A DNA stretch of 37,312 bases from an uncultured Clostridia bacterium (GTDB taxonomy: Bacteria; Bacillota; Clostridia; Christensenellales; Aristaeellaceae), in contig CAMOIA010000001.1 of the NCBI GenBank assembly GCA_946615785.1, positions 1 to 37,312 on the forward strand, read 5' to 3'. Both the position numbers and the translations under genes were made by a program. This document shows, in pieces, positions 5,618 to 15,700 of the stretch; the first letter of the stretch is position 1, and every line of letters starts with the position of its first letter. Under the pieces are notes generated by a model. That model searched no databases, had not been told where the DNA came from, and worked only from the letters and a program-made list of their open reading frames with translations.

Positions 5618-6775
5618 ATGGAAAGAAAGCTGCGCCGCGATGGTCGAAAGCACCTCACGCGGCGACCCGACGGGCGTTTCAGACTTCGATACAAAGACCA
5701 ATACTTCTACGGCTACACCGAAGACGATGCCTACGCCCGCCTTGATGAATACAAGGCCCTTGAAGCTGCCCAGGCATCCGCCCGCCGGGATCCCACCGTG
5801 CAGGAATACGCCACCGCCTGGCTGCCGCGGAACAAAGTCGGCATCGGTCTCAAAACCTATAATGATTACGCCCTGAAAATTGACCAGGTGAACGAGACCA
5901 TTGGAAGCATGAAAATAAAGGACGTCACACCCAGCGACGTCAAGCGGTGCTATCTTCGGTATGAAGGCCTCAGCGAGAGCACCATCCGCCGCACCCGGAT
6001 GCTGTGGGTGTCCATTTTTGAAAGCGCCGTTGCGGACGGCCTGATCCGCTACAACGTTTTCAAGGATAAAACCGCCCGCCCGCATAAAGGCACCCAGGGC
6101 ACGCACCGTGTGCTCACGCAGGAAGAAAAAGAACTGATTGATCGGGTTGACCACAAGCTGCGCCCGCTGGTGATGGTCATGCTGTACGCCGGCCTGCGCC
6201 GCGGTGAGGCGCTCGCCCTGGTTGTTGATCGTGATGTGGATTTTACCCGCAATATCATCCGGGTGCGGGAATCCGTTTCTTATAACGGCAATGAGCCCGT
6301 TCTGCATTCCGGCGGGAAAACAAAAAACGCGGCCCGGGAGATCCCGTTGCCCGCCCGCCTTCGCGCTGAACTCATCGGCAGAACCGGCAGGCTCTTTACC
6401 GGTGAGCACGCTGAAATTGCCACGGAGACCGCCTTCCGCCGTGCTTGGGATAGCTATCTGACCGCCCTGGAACGCGCAGCCAACAACGGCATTGCAAAGC
6501 GCTGGTGGGGCAAAACGAAGGCCCAGCGCGCCGGCGGGCCTCCTGGTGAATGGAAAAGCATTTCCATCCGCCCGCACGATCTGCGCCACACCTATTGCAC
6601 CATGCTCCGCGATGCCGGCATAGAAATGAAGGTTGCCATGCGCTGGATGGGGCATAGCGATGAACGCATGATCCTGAAAATTTACGATCATGAAGAAGGC
6701 CGGCTGCAGGCCAATTCAGCAAAGCTCGATGCATTTCTATCCGGCGCGCCCGAACAAAAGGCGGCAGGCATTTAA
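5618..6775 (+). CDS. int: Tyrosine recombinase / phage integrase (385 aa)
   Basis: ATG 5618 follows TTGGAGGAAAC. Catalytic signature 'GLRRGEALAL', 'HDLRHTY', 'GHSDERMILKIYDH'. Adjacent to the tRNA-derived attP. Confidence 0.92.
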   Translation: MERKLRRDGRKHLTRRPDGRFRLRYKDQYFYGYTEDDAYARLDEYKALEAAQASARRDPTVQEYATAWLPRNKVGIGLKTYNDYALKIDQVNETIGSMKIKDVTPSDVKRCYLRYEGLSESTIRRTRMLWVSIFESAVADGLIRYNVFKDKTARPHKGTQGTHRVLTQEEKELIDRVDHKLRPLVMVMLYAGLRRGEALALVVDRDVDFTRNIIRVRESVSYNGNEPVLHSGGKTKNAAREIPLPARLRAELIGRTGRLFTGEHAEIATETAFRRAWDSYLTALERAANNGIAKRWWGKTKAQRAGGPPGEWKSISIRPHDLRHTYCTMLRDAGIEMKVAMRWMGHSDERMILKIYDHEEGRLQANSAKLDAFLSGAPEQKAAGI

Positions 6776-6794
6776 GCCCGCCGCCCTTTCTTTT
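6760..6794. terminator. Bidirectional terminator between the convergent int and giant ORF
   Basis: ggcggcaggc-atttaa-gcccgccgcc stem. It is followed by T-rich runs on both strands. Confidence 0.6.
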
Positions 6795-9700
6795 ACTGTA
6801 CACGCTTGAGCGCTGCTTTTTTCAGGGTTTCAATCTTGTCGGATGTGTACCCGTGATTGATCAGCATATTTACAATGCCGTTCGCTCTCGCGCTGTCGCC
6901 CGCGTTGTATGCCGCGGCCCATGCGTCCATCACCTCGGTCTGTGCCTTGTTCAGGGCTGTGATTTCGATCCCGTACCGGTTCGCCGTCAGATACAACGCC
7001 TGATTTTTCTGCACGTCCTCGGTGCTGCTCCTCAGGCCCTGGATGCTGGTTTCCATCTGCCTCGCCCGTTCAGTGTCGCCCGCGGCCTCCCACGCTGCCC
7101 AGCTCTGGTAATAGCCGTGCTTCGTGTTCGCTGCGCCTTCCACAAGCGCGCCGCCCGCGTTCACCTTGTTCATGCGCTCTTCAATCGCGTCCCGGCTCCA
7201 TCCGCCGTCCTCGATCAGATCGCCGATTACGGCCTCCGCAAGGGCCTCGTTCCCGATGGCCCGCGCCTGCATCGCAAGGTCAACATAATCGTTGAAGTTG
7301 GCTTTTGTCTTTCCGTACCCGATATTTTCTTCGTACCGCATCCGCCAGTACTGCACCGTCAGGGTGTCCACACCCATGCCCTGCATAACTTTCGGAATCC
7401 AGTTTGTAAGATACTCGGCTTCTTTCGCAACGTTTCCGACCGGGATGCCCAGCACGTTCGCGATTTTTGCCACAAAGTTCGTGCACGTCGCCGCCACGGT
7501 TTTTTTGCTGTCCTCGAACGTTGCCTTGTAGCAATCCTGAAAGGCCTGGTACAAATCCGCAATCACGCTCAGGTCGCTGCGCTCAACGTCGTACCCTGCC
7601 ATGATTTCATTCACGTCCCGCATAAATGGAATCATGTTCATGGGGTTCAGCTCGCTCCCAAGGTTGCTCCCGAAGACCGCCTCCTGGAATACCTCAAACG
7701 GGTTTTTGTCCGTATAGTCGCCAAGCAGCCTTTTCAGGAAATCCTCCCAAAACTTGTCTGGGTCGTCCATCTTGCGCAAGGCGCTGATAATGCTTGCCAC
7801 AACCGCCTGCAGGGTGTTGGCCGCAACCACCACCGCGCCGGTGCTTAAAAGCGCCCGCCTTGTGCTCCAGCTCTTGTGCATTCTGAATGCGTCCAGTTTG
7901 TCCATGAACGTGTTGAACGTTTTCAGCGGCTCGCCCATAAAGCTTGTGATCATCTTCACGTATTCCGTCCGCCCGCGCATGATCTGCGTCCGGTGCAGGA
8001 TGCTGTCCACCACCTGCGTCCGGTCAATGCAATCATTAAAGCGTTCGGTCACAAGCTCCCAGTACCTTTCGCTGCCCTTCTGAATGTCCCGGTTCTGCGA
8101 TCCCACCATGTTCTTGGCTGCCTGCCAGATGTTCGCCCAAGTCCAGTTATCCATAGCCCCCGGCAGCTTCATGCCCCAGTCCTGCACTTTGCCGCGAACC
8201 ATCTCGAATCCGTGCTTTTTCGTCTCCGGGAAAAGGATGTCCCAGACGCTCTGACCGGCGTCAAGCACAAAATTCCCGCGCTGTTTCCAGGAATAGATCG
8301 GGCTGTGCTCCTTCATTTCCCGAATATTCTGCGCCACGTTCACAAGCCCGCCGGCCCTTGCGGCGACGCCCGCCCAGTATCTCGCCGGGATCACGTCGAA
8401 GGCGCGGACGAATGAAAGCGGCTGCTTGGCTGCCGTGCTCAGGTTCCAGGCCACCGCGGCGCCCTTGTACTTGGCAAGCAGGCTTCCGAACCAGCTGCGC
8501 TCGATCGCGTCCTGGCTCAGTCCGTTAATGTCCTTGATCAGCTGCCGGAAATAGGGCATGGCGTTCTCGCCCATCAGAAGGCCCATATCCTGCGAAAAGC
8601 TCCCGCTTGCCTTCCGGATCTGCCGGGTGCGCCCGTCGCTTTCTCTCACCTCCGTTTCCTCGCTGTGCTTCATGTTCATCAGCCTTGCGATGTCCGCCAT
8701 TTCGCGCCCCCAGGCGTGATACGTAATCATCTCCATGGCGTGCTGGCCCGTCAGCTGGAATATATCATTCAGCATAATCGGCGCCGTCGCGTGCTCCATC
8801 AGGCTCTTTGTAAAGCCCTGGTTCATGATCATGTAAAAGGCGTTCTGCGTGTCGTTGGTCATGGTCTGGCTTGTGTACCCGGGTGCAATCTTAATCGGAA
8901 TGTACGCCTTGTCCTTGTATTTCCGGTACCCGTACATTTCCATGCTTACCTCGTTGCCAAGATCGCTGCACCACCCGTTCATGATTCCGCCCAGCGCGTC
9001 CGCGCATTTTTTCTGCTCGTCCGTCAGCTGGCTTATAATCGCGTTCACCTGCGCCATGGTCACGTGCTGCGGCCTCATGGTCTTGAGCCGCTGGCCGTGC
9101 TCCGCTTCCGTAAGGCCTATATAAATGCCGCCGCCGACCATCTCGCCCTTGGCATTCCGCTCGCCCACAACGTGCCTTGCCGCGTCCGCGCGCTGCATGT
9201 ACTTATACAGCGTCATGGCCTGGCCCACGGTCATCCGGATGCCGGCGCCCTCCAGCACCTGCGCGTTCCTGCCCGTCCACTTCCAATAGTTCTTGAACGG
9301 CTTCAGCGCGTCCGCAAACCGTCTTTCCGCCTCGTCCACGTCCGTAATCTGCCGGTCAAGAGATTTGCGCAGCATCGTCCAAAGGTCTTTGCCGATCTGC
9401 CCGCACTCCCTCTCCATCCGGCTGAAAAAGCGGATTGGATCCATAAGACTTCCCTGAATCTGTCTGTTTACGGCCCGCGCAAGCCTGCCCGCCAGTTTCT
9501 CTGTGTTCACCTGCTCGGCCCGGGTCTTCATCTCGCTTTGCATCCGGCGCAGATCCTCGCCGCGTTTCAGCGCAAGGCTCTTGCTTTCCTCGGAAATCAT
9601 GTGCAGGATGCTCTCCAGCGTTTCCGCCGTCGCTTCCAGATCTTGCGCGTTCATGCTCCGGATGTTCTGCCCGTTCACCCGGTCTGCAAGGTCTTTGATT

Positions 9701-12700
9701 TTGAAATCAAGATCCGGGTCGGGGATGACCATGGCGCCGTCCTCGTTCATGATGTTCTGCACGGCGCTGCGCAGCGCGTTAAATTCCATCGTCCTCCGGC
9801 TGCCTTCAAATCCGCCCGGCTCCAGCATACCCAGCGCCTGCGCCACCTGCATCCGGTGCTGCTCAAGCACGTTCTTGTTATTGGTCGGTCTCAGCAGCCG
9901 GTCGGCCAGCTGTCTGTACACCCGGTCAACGCGCTTTTGCAGCTGTGTGCGCCTCACGGTGTCCCGGTATCTGTCCATATCCCGCTGCAGCGCCTCGCGC
10001 ATTTCCTCGTTGGCGGTTGCCCTCGCGGCTTCCTCGATCTGCTTTTGCCTGTTCTGGAAATTCTCCTCCAGCTTCTTCCGGTCTTCCTGCATCTGCTGGT
10101 CAAGCTTCTTCCGGTATTCCTCCAGCTGCACCGCCGCTTCGGCCTGCTGTCTCTGCAGGGTTCTCGTCTCTCTCCTATCAAGCTGCTTTTTGCGCCTGTC
10201 CAGTTCCTTTGCGCGGTCTTGCAGCTCGATCTCCCTTTGGTTCATCCTGTGCCAACTGTCTCTTGCCGATTCTTCTGTCTGCCTTGCGTTTTCCTCCCGT
10301 TCCGCGTATTCCTGCCGGAGCTCCTCCTTCAGTTCCCGTCTTGCGTTCTTCATTTTCTCCGCGTATTCCTTCGCGGCCTGTTCCCGGTCTTCCGTAAGGC
10401 GCTCCGCGTATTCCGCCTCCAGCTTCTGCTCGGCCTGCTGGTAGTGTTTCACGCCCTCTCGGATCATCTTGGCGTATTCCTTCTGCTGGTCTGTCTGCTG
10501 CCCGTTTCTTATCACCTGGCTCGTCAGGCCGTTCTCAGCGCCGAACCATCCCCAAAGGATCCGCGCGCTCATGTCCTCCACGAACGTGTCACGGTCTACC
10601 CCGTTGTATTCGATCACGGTTTCGCTTTGCCGCAGGCGCTTGGCATGATCCAGCATGGCGTCAAAGCGTTCCAGCAGGTCGCCCTCGTTCAGGTCGCTCG
10701 CAAGCAGCCACGGGCTCTCCGCCTGGATGTCCTCAAGGGTCAGGTTCGACCGCATCTTCTTTTTGTCCACCGTGAACGTCAGCCAGCCCCGGTATTTCCG
10801 GTTCATTTCCGCAACGGATTCATACAGGAGCCGTGCCTCCTGCGCCTGCCCGGTGGTCAGATAGATCGTCGTCCCCCTGTGCTGGCTCAGCCAGTCAAGG
10901 ATCGGGTCGCCCTCCTCAAGCGTTTCATTGTGGTTTGTTGCGTACCCGCTCCTGTCCGCCATTTCCTCCGCAATCGCCCTGGCATAATCAATCGCCTGTT
11001 CAAAGTCGAAATCCTCACCTTCCAGCAGCGCGTTATCAAGTGCCAGATACATCCCGCGGATTCTGTCTGAAAGCGTCTCCGCGCTCATTCTAAGGCCGCC
11101 CATGCCCTTGATGATCGGGTATTCGTTTTTGATCTCCTGTACCAGTGCGGCAATGTTATAGGTGCCCACCTTCGGGCTGTCCTCCGTGTGCCCCATGTTG
11201 TTGAACATGATGCCCTGCTTCAGCATCTGGTAAATTTTCGTCATCATGTTCCGGGCTCTGTCGCCGCTGGCAAATCGCCTTTGCAGGATTTCCCGTGCCG
11301 TTTCCTCGCTCATGGCGTCGCGCATCTTCAGGCTGCTCCGGCTCTCTTCCACGGCCTCCCGGGTGCGGTCTTGGCTTTGCTGCTGATCCTGCTGCGCCTT
11401 CCGCACCCGTTCCAGCTGTCTCGCGGCGAATACCACCTGATCCCGTTTCAGCCCCTCTTCAAGTGCCGGCACGCCGTAGGTGTCCTCCAAAGCTTTATCA
11501 AGGCTTTTTTCGCCGTCCGTGTACTGCTTCAGCACTTCCTCAACCTGGTCAGCGGCCTCGCTCACGGTCATGCCGTTTTTCGCCATCCATTCCGCCATCC
11601 AATTCATGCCATAGGCTTCCACCACGGCCTGAAGGCCCAGCGTCTTTGTCGCGCTGTATTCCTGCCCGACGTGCCGTGTATATTGTATCCGCCTGAAATA
11701 ATCCCCGGCCAGATCGCTCTCCCGCAGAACGGTGCCGTACGCGATCTCATTGCGCCGGTTCGTCGCCTCCTGAACCTCACGGCGCAAAAGGTCGCCGACG
11801 GTTTCCACGTACTCGGCCTGGTTCATCAGTACCTGCGTCTCGCTGCTCTTCCCGGCGATCCGCCTGATGGTGGATTTCATCCATTCGCCAAGCTCTTTGA
11901 TATGATCCGCGAACCGTGAAACGTCGCTTTTCTTCATCTGCTCGCCGGTTTCCCGCTGGTTCTGCCGCAGAACGCCAAGGCCCACGCTTTCAGAATCCGC
12001 CAGCATGTCCAGCATACTGTCCGCCACAAGCTCGCTCACGGCGTCCACGTTCTCGCCGCTCTCGTTGTACCGGCGCCGGATCGTCTCAAGCCGTTCGTTC
12101 ACATCAAAATCCGCGTTGTTGTTCAGCCAGTCCATCACCGCATCGCGGATCCGCTCGGCGCCTTCCTTGTTGAATTGCTCCACATAATGGAACGCTTCAT
12201 GGCTCGCGGCCCGCACCAATGCGCCCTCGTCCGCGTCCAGGGCGATATCGATGCTCGCTGTGTTCCGGTTGTACCTCGCGTTCTGGTCGCCCAGGGTGTC
12301 GTATACGTTAAAGGTTAGCCCGTAGCGGTATGCAAGCTCGTCCAGCACGTTCAGCTGCTGCACCTGCCGCTGCGTCAGCGGATTGATAACGCGGTTGAAA
12401 TAAATCCCGCTGTCCTGCTGCTGCCCTTCCTCGTACACCCTGAAGCCGTACTGCCTCGCGTTTTCCCTCGTCCGCTCATTCCAGGCGCGCACCTCGGCTT
12501 CCCGCTGTTCCCGGCCCATTTCCCACGCCTGCCGGATGATGTCCTCCGAACTGCGCAGAATGAACGGGTTTTGCATGTTCAACTCCTGCCCGTGCCGTCC
12601 GTACCGGTATGCCGCCTCCGCTGCCCGGATGTCGTTTTCCACCTGGTTCTGTGTTTCGCTGTCCGCGTCCATGATCCTGAACACCCGTTCAAACGGTGCG

Positions 12701-15700
12701 CGCCTCGTTTCGTGCACCTCGCCGATGCCGTTCTGCGCGTCCGGAATGGTGTCGCTTTTCATCACCCGCAGCCCGTCGTCGCCTGCCCTGCGCATCATCC
12801 GCTCAAAGCGCTGCCGGTAGCTCTCTCCGTTCATCAGCTGGATAACGGCCGCCGCGTCCTCGTCGTTCTCCACAAGCAAAAGCACCCGGTTGTTCAGCCC
12901 GTCGTCGTCGCTCTTTGCCTCCTCCGCGGGTCTGGTTACGGTTCTGTCCCCGGCCTCGGTCGTCGCCACGGTCGTGTCTCTTACGGTTCTCCCGCCGTCC
13001 GTGTCCTCCGCTTCTTCGGTGCTTTCGGTGCCGTTCAGCTTGGTCACGCGCTCCCGATTGTCCGCGGCCTGATCCCTTGCGGGTGTGCTGGTTTCTGTCT
13101 GTTCCGGCGTCTGCTGCGGCGCGCGCGGTACGGGCTGTTCCATCTGTGTTTCGCTCTGTTCTGGCGCCTGTCTTTCCTGACCCGGCTGCCCCTGCTCGTC
13201 CGTCCGGCCCTCCATGTACTCCTCGGCGGCCGCCCGGGTGTCCTGTCCGGCTTCCTCGGCGGTCAGCTGCCTTGCGGGTGCCTGTGCAGGCTGCTCCGTC
13301 CGCGTCTGCTGCTGCCCTTCCATGTACTCCTCAGCGGCCGCCCGGGTGTCCTGTCCGGCTTCCTCGGCTGTCAGCTGTCTCGCGGGTACTTGTGCCGGCT
13401 GCTCCGTCCGTTCGCCCGTCCGGCCCTCCATGTACTCTTCCGCCGCCGCCCGGGTGTCCTGTCCGGCCTCTTCTGCCGTCAGCTGCCTCGCGGGTGTATT
13501 TTCCGCCGGCTGCTCCGCCTGCGCCTGCTCGTTCGTCCGGCCCTCCATATATTCCTCGGCGGCCATCCGGGTGTCCTGTCCGGCTTCCTCGGCGGTCAGC
13601 GGTTCGCGCTCGCTTTGCGTTTCCGTCTCCGCATCAAAGCCCCAGCTTTCCCGGAATTCCCTCCAGCGGTTCAGGGCCGCGTCGTAGTCCCATTCCCGGT
13701 CAATCTGTTCATTTGTTCCGTACACCATGTCCGCGGCCGCCTGTTCAAATGCGCCCGGTTCTCTTTGCTGTTCCTCCTGCGTTTCCGTCTGGTTGTTCTC
13801 CGCAAATTCATTCCAGCGCGCAACGGCCGCGTCATAGCTCCACGCCGCTTCCGCCTGATTGCTCCGGTGCCTTGCCTGGCTCTGGCTCAGCCTTCTGTCG
13901 CCGCTCTCCCTGGTTCGGTTCTGAAGCTCGGCCTTGGCATCGTTCAGGCCCCGCTGCAGGTATTCCGCAAGGTTCGTCCGCCCGATGGCAATGGTGCCGT
14001 CCGGCGCGATGCCCACGCCAAAACCCTCCCGCGATGCGTTCACGGCCCGGCGCAGCGCTGCCTGATCGTATTGACGGTTCCCGCCTTCCTCGCTCGACGG
14101 CATCACCAGCGTATTCACGTTCCGGCCCGCTTCCTCGATGGCCTGCTGCTGCTCCGCCTGGCGCTGCCTTGCCTGCTCCGCGGTGTTGGCCACCTCCTGC
14201 GCGATGGCCGCTGTGCGCGCGTTTCTCGCGTTCTGCGCCTGCTGTTTCAGATAGCTTGCAAGCTGGTACGAGCCCACCACAATACTGCCGTCCGGCGCCA
14301 TGCCCACCTGATAGCCGTGCCTGGCCGCGTTGTCCGCCTCCACCAGCTGGCTTGCCCTGTACATGGGCCGCCCGCTTTCCCTGTTGGCTGTCGGCGTGAT
14401 CACGGTGTTCACCGCGTTCTGTGCCCGGTTCTCCGGCAGGTTCCTCTGGTATTCCTGCTCCCGCCTCTGTTCCATGGCAATTTCAAACGCCCGTTCTTCG
14501 ATGCCTTCCCGCAACTGCTGCCGGTTCTGCTGCCAGCTTCCGTACGTGCTGCCGCCCAGATCCATCACGCCGCCGGAAATTCCCGAAACAATAAAAGTAT
14601 GCAAAAGCTGGTTTGTATGATCCACGCTCGCCTGATGCCTCGCGGCGGTCAGTGCCTCGTCCGCGTCGGTATACGTTCCGGCCTGCAGGTATTGCCGGTA
14701 GTAGTTCTGCACGTCCCGGTTCCAGGCGCTCTCGTCCTGCATCAGCCAGTTTTGCACCTGGTTCGTTGATATATCGTTCAGCACTTCTGTCGTTGATTCG
14801 GAAAAGGCGCCCACCAAGGTGTTCCAGACCGTTGTCCCCACTTTCTGCCAGGTCTTGCCGTCCTTTGGCAATCCCCGGTTCATCGCGTTCCAGAAATGCG
14901 CGTCGGAAAGCGCCTCGGTCGCAAACTCGCTCATGGCTGAAAGCCCCGCCGTCAGGAACAGGTCTTCCTGGTTGTGCGTTGCGTTGTTCTCCGCCGCTTC
15001 CGTGTAGTAATTGGAAAAGGATCCATAGGCCATCAGGCCCGTGCTCATCCAGCTCGGCATCCCGATTGCGTGATTGGTTACCATGCGGGTTACATTCTCG
15101 CCGATGTTCATGGCCGTGTCGTATACATCATTCCAGATTGTCTGCTTTCCGCCGTTCGCCTTCCTGATGGCCTCGTTCGTCGCGTTTTTAATCTGTTTCT
15201 GACTCTGTGTCGGGTTGTTGTATATTTCGTTCGGATCAATCTCTTTCCCGGTCACATGGCTCAGAATCATCGCGCTTGTGCTGACTATTTTCAGCGGCTC
15301 GGCGCTCAAGTCCGAAACCGTTCCGACAATGCCGCCGACAACCGGATTTTCACCTACAAAGCGGTTCCAGTTGGCCTGTTCTGTGTCCGTTCTCCTTTCA
15401 TTTGCCGTCTGTCTGATGGCATCTAAGAAGTTAAGCCCCTTTTCGCTGTCCTCGCCGTAAAGAATATAAAAGGCGTCTCTTTCGTCCTGCGTCATGAACG
15501 CCAGTTGGTTGTCTATCATCCAAGGCAGATACGGCGCTTCTTCGTTAAGATACCGCGTTGTCTCCGTTCTTCTCGTTTCTCCCGGCTGATCTGTGTCTTT
15601 TTCGTGCATACTTCTCAGGACATAATTGGCGTCCTTTTCCATGTACGCATTTCTTCCGCGCTCGGCTGCTTCCTGCCTCCCGTCGCCGATCTCCTGCAGC

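Noticed and set aside
5600-6691. A 363-aa minus-strand ORF opposite the integrase gene.
   Set aside because: It is antisense to a CDS with clear tyrosine-recombinase motifs. It has no SD and a nonsense-like composition.
9700-9760. A DxDxD-like string ('DPDLD') in the giant protein as a hint of an RNA-polymerase catalytic site (by analogy with the N4 and crAss-like virion RNAPs).
   Set aside because: It is a single short motif with none of the surrounding polymerase motifs I could recognise. That is insufficient to call.
8665-11070. Very long plus-strand ORFs antisense to the giant gene and the virion genes. Examples are 8665-11070 (801 aa), 12571-14769 (732 aa), 15505-17079 (524 aa), 20277-22751 (824 aa), 22736-24037 (433 aa), 16838-18292 (484 aa) and 18717-20150 (477 aa).
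   Set aside because: Their translations are Arg/Pro/Leu/His-rich low-complexity strings with no SD sequences. They lie entirely opposite convincingly coding minus-strand genes. Long open antisense frames are expected in GC-rich DNA with strong codon bias.
13207-13599. Regularly spaced repeats (also at 16330-16521 and 1-50) as a possible CRISPR array.
   Set aside because: All of them are in-frame coding tandem repeats inside long ORFs. The 'spacers' are conserved peptide segments, and no cas genes or leader are present.
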